Origin: Promethearchaeota archaeon
Lineage (GTDB): Archaea > Asgardarchaeota > Lokiarchaeia > Sigyniarchaeales > SOKP01
Direction of reading: 5' to 3'
Length of the DNA: 64,000 bases
Assembly: GCA_048937405.1 (NCBI GenBank)
Contig: JBHLNF010000001.1
Span: 256,001-320,000 of the forward strand
The translations under genes and the position numbers were made by a program. The notes beneath the pieces are model-generated. The model was not told the DNA's origin, searched no databases, and saw only the letters and a program-made list of their open reading frames with translations. Positions 40,509 through 51,094 of the stretch are shown here, piece after piece. How positions within the stretch are numbered: the first letter of the stretch is position 1; every line of letters starts with the position of its first letter.

Positions 40509-41842
40509 ATTATTTCCTCCTGTGGAGCACTATCTTTATTTTGATAAATAAAATTTTGTAGTGTAGTTTGATTTTTTCCATTTATTAATAGGTAAGGATT
40601 AGCTCGTTTCAATACAACGCCAACAGATTTTAGGTCTTGTCGACGTTTAAATATAAATTTTTTAGATCTCAAATTAATTATCCGCTTAGCAGAAATTGGA
40701 CCAATCCCAGGAACTCTTAGTAATTCGCTGTAAGATGCTTGGTTTGGATCCACTAATCCATGATCTTTAAAATATAGCCTTGCTAGGTGAATTTTTGGAT
40801 CTCCAATTGGTAAATTGTCATCTTCAGTTAATATTTCTTTCAAATCCTTGAGTTTATAATGATATATACGTAATAACCAATCACTTTGATATAATCGATG
40901 TTCTCTTGCTAATGGTGCTGCTTGTTTACATGCTAGAGGAGTTCCTTCTATTGGAATGAAAGAAGAAAAATAAGCTCGCCTAAGATCAATTTCTTTATAT
41001 CCCCAATCAATTCTTTTTAATAATTCATAGTCACTTTCATTTTCAGCTGCTCCAACTACGAACTGGGTTGTTTGTCCGCTATTAAGTATTGGTGCTCCAT
41101 CCCATCTAAATTTTTTATACCCATCTTTTCTTCTGTCTTTAATCATTTTTTCTTGATATTTAAACTGAGCATCCTCCTTTAAATCTTTAATAACTTTAAG
41201 TGCTTCATCATTATGCTTGATACGAATTTGCTTTAACCAGCGTTGGCGCATAATGATATCGTTCTTAAAATCTTTTTGTTCAGCGATTTCGGCAAGATGA
41301 TCTTTAGTAGATGCTTCTGAATTAATAGATATGCGATCTGAAAGACTTATTGCTTCTTTAAGAAGATATTGACTAACACCAGGTAAACACTTAAAATGTA
41401 CATAACCCTGAAAATTATATTTAAATCGAAGAAGTCTAATTGCTTCTAACATTTCTTCGGTAGTATCATCAGCACTACCACAAACTGCTGATGATATGAA
41501 TACACCCTCAACTACATTCATCGAATATAGTTTCATAAATGTACGAGCATATTCTTCTGGTGTAAAACTCATCTTCTTCCTGCAATTATGTGAGAAACAA
41601 TATTTACAATTATATATACACTTGTTGGTGTATAAAGTTTTGAAAAGACTCATACATCGACCATCTGGAGTATAACTATGGCAAATCCCCGCACTTGCAG
41701 TAGTACCTATCCATTCTTTGGAATCTCCAAAAAGTTTTGGATATTTATCTGTACGACTGGAAGCAGTACTAGCACATATGTCATATTTTGAATTTTCTCC
41801 CAAAATACGAATCTTTTCTAAGACAGAAGGCATTTTACTCAA
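40505..41842 (-). CDS. Putative DNA modification/repair radical SAM protein with HhH
   Basis: KYDIC, GICHSYTPDGRC, CIYNCKYC, REHRLYQSDWLLR and LLRVPGIG motifs. Confidence 0.9.
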   Translation of the reverse strand: MSKMPSVLEKIRILGENSKYDICASTASSRTDKYPKLFGDSKEWIGTTASAGICHSYTPDGRCMSLFKTLYTNKCIYNCKYCFSHNCRKKMSFTPEEYARTFMKLYSMNVVEGVFISSAVCGSADDTTEEMLEAIRLLRFKYNFQGYVHFKCLPGVSQYLLKEAISLSDRISINSEASTKDHLAEIAEQKDFKNDIIMRQRWLKQIRIKHNDEALKVIKDLKEDAQFKYQEKMIKDRRKDGYKKFRWDGAPILNSGQTTQFVVGAAENESDYELLKRIDWGYKEIDLRRAYFSSFIPIEGTPLACKQAAPLAREHRLYQSDWLLRIYHYKLKDLKEILTEDDNLPIGDPKIHLARLYFKDHGLVDPNQASYSELLRVPGIGPISAKRIINLRSKKFIFKRRQDLKSVGVVLKRANPYLLINGKNQTTLQNFIYQNKDSAPQEEII

Positions 41843-41948
41843 TTAAAAAAAATCTTACAGTCTATGTATTTTAACTTGGGATTTAACTTATAAAAAGAAG
41901 GGGGATATTGAATTATCAAAAAAATTTATAAAAAAATAAATTTACTAT

Positions 41949-42371
41949 TTACTTTTGATTTTTTATATCTTTTAATAAATTCCTCCTTATTTTTCTAAAA
42001 TTTTCTCCTTTATCAGCAAAAGTAGGAATATCTCCATGAGGGGGTTCATAAGAATCCATTTTCATTCGAAAATATGTACGAATGATATCTACTATTGCAT
42101 CGGAATAGTCCATCCAAATTCCTCCTTCAATATTTTCATTTAAAAGATCAAGCCAGAAAGTTGGAATTGAAAAAATAATTCTAGAGGTATTTGCTACTGA
42201 TTTTATTGGAGATATAATAGTAGAAGGTCTTCCTTCTTTATCCCATTGTTTCGCGGCTGAAATTGTACCATAAGAACATTTTTCATCAATAACAATAGAA
42301 GATTGTTTCTCTCCTTTTTCAAGTCTTTCGAGAATGCGTAAATATTTTTCTTTATCAATTTTTCTTGGCAT
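41949..42371 (-). CDS. Probable transcription regulator (N-terminal HTH-like and ribbon-helix-helix-like segments)
   Basis: MPRKI..., CSYGTISAAK helix-turn-helix-like; IIFSIP...SDAIVDIIR RHH-like (inference). Confidence 0.55.
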   Translation of the reverse strand: MPRKIDKEKYLRILERLEKGEKQSSIVIDEKCSYGTISAAKQWDKEGRPSTIISPIKSVANTSRIIFSIPTFWLDLLNENIEGGIWMDYSDAIVDIIRTYFRMKMDSYEPPHGDIPTFADKGENFRKIRRNLLKDIKNQK

Positions 42372-42451
42372 GGAATATCATCTACTACTATAATATCTAC
42401 TATTATATTTAAATGTATGTAGTAGAATAACAATAGTTTTTTTCATAAATG

Positions 42452-43966
42452 TTAATCTTTTGAATAAATAGAATATTTTCTGTCTAATTTTTCTTTTAAT
42501 TCAAAGGATAGCTTAAAATTTTTAGTATAGAAGCTGAATATCAAATCATCAATCATTTTTTGTTCTTTTATATAATCATAATTCAGGTTTTTCTCTTTAT
42601 TTTTAATGATAGATTTTACTAAGATTTCAACTTTTTCTTGAATTTCTTTTTCTGGTTTAACGAAGGGTAGTGCATTAATTCCTGTAATTTGAATACTACT
42701 AGTATTATTTATAATTCCCTTCGCTAAATAATTATATAATGAACTATTTAGCAAACCTAAAATATAAAGAATTGAAACTGATGTATTTTTAACAATAAAT
42801 CCAATAGCTTTATTAGAATCCCAATAACATCCTTCTGGCATATAACGAGCAGCCAATCTTGAACTTACTCCACTTATTATGATACCTTCTTTTTCAAATG
42901 GTACATTTTTAGGTATGTCATAATTTTTTATTGATTCTTTTTTCCAATCTAAAGCTTCCATTATTGGTCTGGAATATTGATCTGCACCACCTCTTTTTAA
43001 ATAAGGTTTCCACTGAGATGAATTCAGGTTTTCACGAGAAATTATTTGATATTTTTTATCTGGTTTTTTTATTTTTTCATTTCGCTTCTTAAAAACATTT
43101 GCTAGACTTGTACCATCTATTGCTGCAATATATTTTTTATTATTATGTGTGTGCATCCCAATAAATCCTTGTAAAAAATCACTCAATTTAGGAATATTTT
43201 CAAATAGATCAAGGATTTCTTCTTCTATCTCCATAAAAAAGATGTTAAAGGGTAAAGAATTGTACTTTTTTTGTTTTATTTCATTAACAATTGGAGGATT
43301 ATAATAATCATATTCGCAATTAATCCTTGGTATAATCCTCATAGTATTGTTTTCTCTTAGATTTTTATTTTTTTGACCAGAGTGCTTTGATAAAATAATT
43401 ATTACTGGACTTGTACTTACATTTTGACTAGAAAACAAATTTTTAGGAGCCAAAAGAATTTCATTAATTTTACAATTATTAAGAATAAATTTCCTTAATT
43501 TTTTATGGGTACTCAGAGTTAAAAATGAATCGCTTGTTATAAAACCCAATTTTCCTCCTTCCTTTAATCTCCAAATACTATTAATAATAAACATAGCATA
43601 TGTTTCATGAGCGTTAATTTTCCCATAAATTTCTTGGAGTGTTTTTTTGTTTTTACGTACATAAGCACTAGCCTTGTTTAGATACGGAGGATTTCCTATA
43701 ATAAAATCGAATTCATTATAAGAATCAGGGTATAATGCTATAAGAGAGTCCTGTTTTTTAGTAGTAATCCCTAATTTTTTAATCTCGACTAAAAAGTTAG
43801 AATTTATATCATACGCGAATATTTGGGATTTATCTATTCCATTCTCTACTAGTTTTTTTACAAAAATCCCTGGTCCGACGCAAGGATCTAAGATTTTCTG
43901 TCCATTCCTTATTTTCCCTATCCTTGATAGTATATATTCAACCGTCTTAGGGGGAGTAACAACCAC
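42452..43966 (-). CDS. Eco57I/TaqI-like DNA adenine methyltransferase
   Basis: LDPCVGPGIF, IIGNPPY and a TaqI-C-like C-terminus. The frame is open 9 codons further upstream (ATC at 43993). Confidence 0.9.
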   Translation of the reverse strand: MVVTPPKTVEYILSRIGKIRNGQKILDPCVGPGIFVKKLVENGIDKSQIFAYDINSNFLVEIKKLGITTKKQDSLIALYPDSYNEFDFIIGNPPYLNKASAYVRKNKKTLQEIYGKINAHETYAMFIINSIWRLKEGGKLGFITSDSFLTLSTHKKLRKFILNNCKINEILLAPKNLFSSQNVSTSPVIIILSKHSGQKNKNLRENNTMRIIPRINCEYDYYNPPIVNEIKQKKYNSLPFNIFFMEIEEEILDLFENIPKLSDFLQGFIGMHTHNNKKYIAAIDGTSLANVFKKRNEKIKKPDKKYQIISRENLNSSQWKPYLKRGGADQYSRPIMEALDWKKESIKNYDIPKNVPFEKEGIIISGVSSRLAARYMPEGCYWDSNKAIGFIVKNTSVSILYILGLLNSSLYNYLAKGIINNTSSIQITGINALPFVKPEKEIQEKVEILVKSIIKNKEKNLNYDYIKEQKMIDDLIFSFYTKNFKLSFELKEKLDRKYSIYSKD

Positions 43967-44012
43967 CCCTAATTCTTTCCTATTAAACTCGATTAATAAT
44001 CAACACTCGATA

Positions 44013-45182
44013 TTATTTTTTTAAATTTATATCGACTTCACTTAATAGAATGGTATAAAAATGACATAGTTTTTTCAAAAATCCTATTTCAATTTTATCC
44101 ACGTCATCATTAACAGAATGAACATAATTATATGAGGTTTTATCACCATTTCCCAAACCTTTAAATTTTTTATTGCGAAGAAATAACCCATCACTATATG
44201 TACCAATATAAATTCTTCTTGCCTTTTCTAAACTCATTATATTATTATTGTCTAAAATATAATTAAGAGCTTTATTATTATTTGTGAGAAGACCATGATC
44301 CCATAGATTTACTCGATTAGCTATTGAATCAAAATTAATTATGAAGGTCTTTTCTCTATCAAAATTTTTTATGCATTTATAGAAATTTCTTATTCCCATA
44401 GTACCTGATTCTTCAGCACCAGTAAATACAAACCATAAATTGTAATTTTTAAGCCTATTTTTCTGATTTGAATAATAATATAGTAGTTCTAAGACAATTG
44501 ATATTCCTGAAGCATTATCTATTGCTCCCTTAGATTTATTATTAGTCATATTTATCCATAATATTGAAGATGCCACACAATTAATAATTAATGTCAAAAT
44601 TGAAAAGCTATATAATAATATAAAATCTTCAACTATTACAAAAGAATTAAAAATGATGAATAAGAGACTCAAAGGGAATGAAATTAACCATGTATAATAC
44701 AATAGAATACGAATCTTTATTGAAAATGTTTGTCCCTTTGAATCTAAATGAGAAAAAAAGAAAATGTCATAATTTGAGTTCGTGTCTATATGTTGGGATA
44801 ATAATTTTACATATAAGTTTTGAGAATTATGCCTTTTTCCTAATTTAATTTTCTCAGGATTCCTTGTAAACAAAATCAGAATTAAAATTAAAATTAGGAT
44901 TAAACAAAGATTAATTAGTGTAAAAGCTATGCTAATGTTTAAAGATAGAACCACAAGAAGCCAACTTAATAATGTCAAAGATACTTTAGGATAGATCCTT
45001 GAATAAAATGTACTAAATAAAAATTTTTGAACGATCGGAGTAAGATCAAGATCTTCTATCTTTTGTTTAGTAATACTGAAACATTTCCTCTCATATTTAG
45101 TTCCAGATAACCTTGGAAAAGATAATTCTTTTAAATTATCTCTTATACGTGTTTCATCAATCATAGTGAGATCAGTAATCAA
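44013..45182 (-). CDS. Membrane M28 family metallopeptidase (paralog of 31346-32635)
   Basis: FPRLSGT, SHLDS, GAIDNASG and AEESG motifs. Confidence 0.86.
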   Translation of the reverse strand: MITDLTMIDETRIRDNLKELSFPRLSGTKYERKCFSITKQKIEDLDLTPIVQKFLFSTFYSRIYPKVSLTLLSWLLVVLSLNISIAFTLINLCLILILILILILFTRNPEKIKLGKRHNSQNLYVKLLSQHIDTNSNYDIFFFSHLDSKGQTFSIKIRILLYYTWLISFPLSLLFIIFNSFVIVEDFILLYSFSILTLIINCVASSILWINMTNNKSKGAIDNASGISIVLELLYYYSNQKNRLKNYNLWFVFTGAEESGTMGIRNFYKCIKNFDREKTFIINFDSIANRVNLWDHGLLTNNNKALNYILDNNNIMSLEKARRIYIGTYSDGLFLRNKKFKGLGNGDKTSYNYVHSVNDDVDKIEIGFLKKLCHFYTILLSEVDINLKK

Positions 45183-45574
45183 TAGATATCTGCTTATAGT
45201 CTTCTTTAGATAGCTATAATTACCTATAAAAATTGTATAAATTTAATTAATTATTCGCATTTTGAATTTTTCAAGTTTAATCTATCAGTTATCAAGTCTA
45301 TGGAACAAAGAAAAGAAATTTTTCTTTATGAGGTGATTAATCTAATAATTTTTCTCTAGATCTTCTTAGAAAAACTCAATATCTTGGTTGATTTTTTTCA
45401 ATTCTTTTTATAATCATTAACATTCACTTATTTTATTAAAATTTTAAGTTCTAAAACCATAAAAAAAAAAATATATTATTAAGATTCGTAAAATTCGTAA
45501 AAACATGCGTGGTAATAAAGTCTTTAAAGTAAGAATACTTCTTTGGCTTAATACTTAAACGATTAGATACAGAA

Positions 45575-46324
45575 ATGAGTAAAATTTTCACAGATCTTGG
45601 AATTGTCGGAATTACATACTTATATGTTCTGTTGACAATCTTTATTCCTCTTATTTTGTATAAAAAAGAGAGTATATCAAAATTTACAGCTAGGAAAGCT
45701 ATTCATATATCTGCTGGACTAGCAATATTCAGTTCACCATTTTATTACTGGCCATTTTGGCCTACTATAATAGCAGGTAGTTTAATGGTTTTTATTTATT
45801 TAAGCTCAAAAGAATCAAACGTGAAACAATTTAAAGATTTATATGAAGCAATATCGGAGGAACAAGAAGAAAATTTAAAAAGAGCTTTTCTTCAGGGTCC
45901 ATTTTTTTATTGTTTTTCAATTACATTATTAGTTTTCATTTTTGGGATATTTGCCTCTGATCAGTTTTATTTTCCGATCGCAGGAGCCTTATTAATGATT
46001 ATAGCTGATACATTAGCTTCGGTTATTGGAAAACGATGGGGAAAAGTTAGTGTAAGTCTCCCTTGGACAAACTCAAAAAGAACTCTCGAAGGGTCTCTGA
46101 CCTTTTTGGGATCTGCCTTTATCTTATCTACACTCACGTTTTACTTATTTGGCACACTTATACCAACTTTTCAAGAAGTATTATCCCTACCTACCGTTTT
46201 AATATATTCATTAATTACCAGTATTATAGCAACTTTTATTGAATTAATTTCTCCAAGTACTTATGATGATTTAACTGTTCCTATTGGAAGTACAATAATT
46301 ATATATCTTTTAACTCTCATTTAA
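45575..46324 (+). CDS. Dolichol/phytol kinase-like membrane protein (CTP-dependent polyprenol kinase family)
   Basis: RKAIH, ADTLASVIGKRWG, KRTLEGS and DDLTVP motifs. Confidence 0.85.
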   Translation: MSKIFTDLGIVGITYLYVLLTIFIPLILYKKESISKFTARKAIHISAGLAIFSSPFYYWPFWPTIIAGSLMVFIYLSSKESNVKQFKDLYEAISEEQEENLKRAFLQGPFFYCFSITLLVFIFGIFASDQFYFPIAGALLMIIADTLASVIGKRWGKVSVSLPWTNSKRTLEGSLTFLGSAFILSTLTFYLFGTLIPTFQEVLSLPTVLIYSLITSIIATFIELISPSTYDDLTVPIGSTIIIYLLTLI

Positions 46325-46372
46325 TCTTATCTAATTTATTTTTTATCTTAATAAATTATCAAAAATATAAAA

Positions 46373-47776
46373 TTGTCTATTATGGAAAACATAGAAAAAA
46401 CCTTTGATGTATTAGTAATCGGGGCCGGAACTGGGGGTACTACGGCGGCTAGATTTACAGCTAGAAAAGGATTAAATGTATGTTTAATAGACAGAAAAAA
46501 AAAAGAAGAAATAGGGAATAAAATATGTGGTGATGCTGTAGGGAATGAAATTTTTGACATTCTAAAAATAAATCATCCCAAAAATGAAGAACTTTCTTGT
46601 CACATAAAAGGAGCAAAATTATATTCGCCCAATCTTAAAAAATGTATAACCCTTTTTGATCCAAAACAAGCTGGTTATATTGTAAATAGACTAGAATTTG
46701 GTCAGAGATTACTGAATGAAGCTCTTGATGCTGGTGTAAGACAGTTTTTAGATAAAACTATGGTGTTAGATTTATTATATTCAAATGGAACGGTAAATGG
46801 AGTTAAAGTAAAATTAGAAAATGGAGAAAAAGTCGATCTAAATGCTAAAATAGTTATTGATGCTAGTGGTTTTTACTCCCCATTGAGAAAAAAAGTTAAA
46901 AGTTCTTTAATTGAAAAAAATATTTCAAAAGAAGATAGTATTTTATGTTATCGCGAAATAGTGAAATTTTCACCATCAGACCTAAATATTCAAGATCCTG
47001 AATTTATTACAATTATTCTTGATCAAAAGAAAGCACCAGGGGGATATATCTGGTATTTTCCTAAAACCCAGTCATCAGTTAACATAGGAATTGGAACTTT
47101 TATGGATTATAGAGGTAAAGTTAAAGATCTATATAAGGTCAATGTATATAATCAATTCATTAAAACATCTAAGGTTGAAATAATTTCCTCTGGAGGGGGA
47201 GTAGTTCCAGTAAGAAGGCCATTATGGTCATGTACAGACAAAGGATTCATGCTAATAGGAGATGCTGCTTGCCAAGTTAATCCACTTCATGGCGGTGGAA
47301 TAGATCCATCCATGCGAGCAGGATATTATGCAGCTAATTCAGCAGTTCGAGCTATAGAAAATAATAACTATTCCATTGATGAATTATGGGATTATAACTA
47401 TAATGTAATGACAAGTTTTGGAGCAGAATTTGCTTCATTAGACTTATTAAGAATTGTTCTTCAATCACTTTCAAATGAAGATCTCAATTTTGGATTAGGA
47501 CGCGACTTATTAAATGGAGAAGAAATCTTAGAAATTTCCTCTAAAGGCGGTTTAAGTTTATCGATATTTGATATGGCAGTTAAAGCTTTTAAAGGAATTT
47601 CTCATCCGAACTTATTATTAGATTTAAATTATCTTAGAATAAGAATGAATGAAATGTCTAAGCTATATAAAAATTTTCCTAAAGAATTAAGTCAGTTTTC
47701 TAATTGGAAAGAAAAGGTCATTGAAATTTATGAAAAGATTAAAAAAATGATTGTTAGATTAAAAAAAGTTGAATAA
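46373..47776 (+). CDS. Digeranylgeranylglycerophospholipid (geranylgeranyl) reductase
   Basis: GAGTGG, KICGDA, GYIWYFP and GDAA...NPLHGGGI motifs. Confidence 0.9.
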   Translation: MSIMENIEKTFDVLVIGAGTGGTTAARFTARKGLNVCLIDRKKKEEIGNKICGDAVGNEIFDILKINHPKNEELSCHIKGAKLYSPNLKKCITLFDPKQAGYIVNRLEFGQRLLNEALDAGVRQFLDKTMVLDLLYSNGTVNGVKVKLENGEKVDLNAKIVIDASGFYSPLRKKVKSSLIEKNISKEDSILCYREIVKFSPSDLNIQDPEFITIILDQKKAPGGYIWYFPKTQSSVNIGIGTFMDYRGKVKDLYKVNVYNQFIKTSKVEIISSGGGVVPVRRPLWSCTDKGFMLIGDAACQVNPLHGGGIDPSMRAGYYAANSAVRAIENNNYSIDELWDYNYNVMTSFGAEFASLDLLRIVLQSLSNEDLNFGLGRDLLNGEEILEISSKGGLSLSIFDMAVKAFKGISHPNLLLDLNYLRIRMNEMSKLYKNFPKELSQFSNWKEKVIEIYEKIKKMIVRLKKVE

Positions 47777-47786
47777 ATAGAGAGAT

Positions 47787-48614
47787 GTGAAAGATATGGT
47801 TGATATATTAATTGATGAATATATTGAAAGAAATACATATGAATATTTAATTAATAAAATTAATGATGAAGGTGCTCTGCATTTTTCTTTAATAGATCCC
47901 GATCCATTAAGGCAGGGTCCAATGAAAGCAGCAAAAATGGCTAAATATGCTGAAGATGCAGGAACCGATGCTATTTTAATAGGAGGAAGTACAGTTTTTG
48001 ATCAAAGTTTTGTTGATAAAACAATTCAAGCAATAAAAAACAAAATTGAGCTACCCGTTATTATTTTTCCTGGGGGTATCAGTAATGTTTCTCAGTATGC
48101 AGATGCTATTTTCTTTATGTCTTTATTAAACTCATCAGATCCTTATTCTATAGTGGGACAACAAGCTCTCGCTTCATATACAATCAGATCATTTAACTTA
48201 GAATATATTTCAATGGCATATTTAATAATAGAACCTGGAGGGAGTGCGGGATGGATTGGAAATGCGAAACTATTACCAAGAAATAAACCTAAATTAACAG
48301 CTGCTTACGCTTTAGCAGCAGAAATGTTTGGTTTTAAAATTGTTTATTTAGAGGCTGGTTCTGGGAGTGAAAAAATTCCGTTAGAACATATAAAAACTTG
48401 TAAATCAGTTTTAAACATCCCAGTAATTACTGGAGGAGGTGTTGATAACAAAGAAGATGCTAAAGCTTTCGTGGAAGCAGGAAGTGACATAATAGTAATG
48501 GGGACTTTCATTGAAAACCACATTCTAAAAGATAATGGAAACTCTTTAAAGGAAATTATCGATGAAATTAAAATCACTAGTAAAAATCAGAAAAAAAAAT
48601 TTGAAATTAGATAA
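47787..48614 (+). CDS. Geranylgeranylglyceryl phosphate synthase
   Basis: HFSLIDPD, IGGST, FPG and YLEAGSG motifs. Confidence 0.93.
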   Translation: MKDMVDILIDEYIERNTYEYLINKINDEGALHFSLIDPDPLRQGPMKAAKMAKYAEDAGTDAILIGGSTVFDQSFVDKTIQAIKNKIELPVIIFPGGISNVSQYADAIFFMSLLNSSDPYSIVGQQALASYTIRSFNLEYISMAYLIIEPGGSAGWIGNAKLLPRNKPKLTAAYALAAEMFGFKIVYLEAGSGSEKIPLEHIKTCKSVLNIPVITGGGVDNKEDAKAFVEAGSDIIVMGTFIENHILKDNGNSLKEIIDEIKITSKNQKKKFEIR

Positions 48615-48627
48615 ATTGTGATTTTCA

Positions 48628-49506
48628 TTGAAAATTAAAGATGCTATTGGGATTCTTCGACCAGTTAATGACATAATGGGAAGTCTTACAGTTATAATTG
48701 GAATTTTAGTAACCAGACAAGGAATTGGTTATGAAAGAATTATTATTAATATTATACTTGGAGTATTGACTTATTTCTTTATTGCAGGTTCTGGAATGGT
48801 AATAAATGACATTTATGATATTGAGATTGATAAGATAAATAGACCAGAACGACCTATTCCCAGCGGAGCTATAACAATGCTTGAAGCAAAATACTTATTT
48901 GCAGGACTATTTATATTAGGAATTCTAATTTCTATTATTCATAGTATAATTTTCAATTTGTTATATATCAATGTATTTTTAGCAATTTTTTTTGGATTTA
49001 TGGGTTGGGTATATGCAAAATGGGGGAAAAAAAGTGGATTTTTTGGAAATATAATTGTAAGTATCTCTTTCTCTATTGGATTTATATATGGAGCAATTTT
49101 AAATAGTTCGACTATTCCTATCTATATTTATTTTTTCTTTCTAAATAGCATTTTTGGTTTGTTATCTCGTGAAATTATAAAAGGTTGTGAAGATATTGAA
49201 GGTGATAAAGAGTTAGGAGTTAATACTTTAGCTATTAAAATAGGCTTATCAAAAACCCCTTACATCTCTATGATCTGTGCATTTTTATCTATCTTATTCT
49301 TTATACTAGCGGCATTCACAGAATTAATTAACCGGTTAGCATTTTCAATTTCTATGATTTTTGGTATAGTTGTAATATTATATGCCGCATTATTAATGCC
49401 TAAAAAGAATTTAGAGAAAAAAGATTTCTCAAAAATTAGTCTATTATTAAAAATAGCAATGCTTTTAGGGTTAATTGCCATTCTTTTAGCTAGTATTAAT
49501 TTTTAA
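48628..49506 (+). CDS. Digeranylgeranylglyceryl phosphate synthase (UbiA family)
   Basis: NDIYDIEIDKINRPERPIPSG and REIIKGCEDIEGD motifs; lipid operon context. Confidence 0.9.
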   Translation: MKIKDAIGILRPVNDIMGSLTVIIGILVTRQGIGYERIIINIILGVLTYFFIAGSGMVINDIYDIEIDKINRPERPIPSGAITMLEAKYLFAGLFILGILISIIHSIIFNLLYINVFLAIFFGFMGWVYAKWGKKSGFFGNIIVSISFSIGFIYGAILNSSTIPIYIYFFFLNSIFGLLSREIIKGCEDIEGDKELGVNTLAIKIGLSKTPYISMICAFLSILFFILAAFTELINRLAFSISMIFGIVVILYAALLMPKKNLEKKDFSKISLLLKIAMLLGLIAILLASINF

Positions 49507-49518
49507 ATATACCTATCT

Positions 49519-50931
49519 TTAGCCTTTTTTGAATTTGTTTAAAAATTGAGTTATTCCATGAAAGTTCTCGCTAATTATTAATTCTTTTAATATTTTCTTA
49601 TCATTTGAATTCATGCTAATAACAGGAAGTGTTTTTATTAAAGATCTTACTTGAGTTAATCCTAAATACTTTCTTGTATATTCAGCATCAGAATATTTAT
49701 AAGTTGTGAGGAATTCACTATCTAATTTCTTTCTGAATACTTCTAAAATAAAATTAAAGTAATTTTTCAGTAAAATTTGATCCTCTATATTGATTGCTGG
49801 TTCCAAAAAGAGTTGAATTGGATGAGTTCTGTATGTATTCCCCGATACATAAATCCCATCAACTCCAAATTCCTCAGAAATAATACCTAATCCAACTCTC
49901 CCCATATAAGAACCAGTATCAACAGTTCGAATATATAAAATATTAGATTTGACTTTATTTTTTAAATAATCATTAATATGAAGAATTTTCTGCTTATATT
50001 CATTATTTTGATATTTATTCGCATCTAGTACTCTAATTTCATTATTCCCTTTATTTTCAATTACATCTGAATTTAATAGATAAAAACTTACCTTTAGGGG
50101 TATTTGAGTATTATATTCTTTGAGAAATTCATCAAATTCAGACCCAGCTCGAAATTTAAATTCTGGTTTAAGAATATATCGTTTTTCGAATATGTCATTT
50201 TTGTTTTTAATTTTAATCCCATCAAATTCTATACTTTCAACTTTAGGTAATGCTTTTCTTTTAAAGAAACTAATACAGATATTTGTGCCTGTGAATTCAA
50301 ATATTTTTGTTTCAAATATAATCATTTTTTTTATTTTATAATATTCAAGAAAATCTTTACGAAACTTGTTTGAAACTGATGCCCCATATAAAAAGTTTGA
50401 TGGTATGATATAAATTAAATTCTCTATTTTATTTCTTAAATCATTTATCATTGCAATTTGGTATAAATCTTGATACCCCTCATTTTTACCCTTAAACAGT
50501 TTTAAATATTTATGAGTGTCTCTATGCTTTCTAATATATCCTAAATAGAGATATGGTGGATTTGTTATGTGGAACAATGGAAAATGAACATGTTTCATAA
50601 ACTCTGGAAAACTTTCTAGGTTATTTCTCAATTGAATGTTCATTTTAGCTACTTTTGAAGGTATACTGTGTTTTTCAGCATTTTTTATGCATTTATTTAC
50701 CATCTCTGGTTGGATATCAAATAAAAAAATATGTTCCGTAAAAAATTGAGTTCTCTTTTCAATAGAAATTGAATCCAATATAGGTAATATTAAATTTCCT
50801 TCACCAGCATATAAATCTATCCATGTATATTCCCATAGTTTTGATCTTATTTCGGGAAATATGTATTTCAGGAAAATCTCTCTTGATGTCAAATGAACTC
50901 CTAAAGATCTTCGATTTTTATTATTTTCCAT
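49519..50931 (-). CDS. DNA adenine methyltransferase (N-6 type)
   Basis: LGVHLT, DLYAGEGNL and ITNPPY motifs. Confidence 0.82.
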   Translation of the reverse strand: MENNKNRRSLGVHLTSREIFLKYIFPEIRSKLWEYTWIDLYAGEGNLILPILDSISIEKRTQFFTEHIFLFDIQPEMVNKCIKNAEKHSIPSKVAKMNIQLRNNLESFPEFMKHVHFPLFHITNPPYLYLGYIRKHRDTHKYLKLFKGKNEGYQDLYQIAMINDLRNKIENLIYIIPSNFLYGASVSNKFRKDFLEYYKIKKMIIFETKIFEFTGTNICISFFKRKALPKVESIEFDGIKIKNKNDIFEKRYILKPEFKFRAGSEFDEFLKEYNTQIPLKVSFYLLNSDVIENKGNNEIRVLDANKYQNNEYKQKILHINDYLKNKVKSNILYIRTVDTGSYMGRVGLGIISEEFGVDGIYVSGNTYRTHPIQLFLEPAINIEDQILLKNYFNFILEVFRKKLDSEFLTTYKYSDAEYTRKYLGLTQVRSLIKTLPVISMNSNDKKILKELIISENFHGITQFLNKFKKG

Positions 50932-51094
50932 TCTCCGTGTTAGATTTCCTTTATATGATTTAATCTCTAAGAACTCTTAGATAATTTTATTTATAACCTA
51001 ATTCAAATTAAATTTTTTCTTACGTAAAGAACTAGTCTAAAATTGACTAAAAATATCTTCATGAAAAAAAAAAAAAAAAGGATTTAATTTTAAC

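Noticed and set aside
45483-45503. ATTCGTAAA direct repeat upstream of the lipid cluster
   Set aside because: Two short copies only; cannot be distinguished from chance or slippage.
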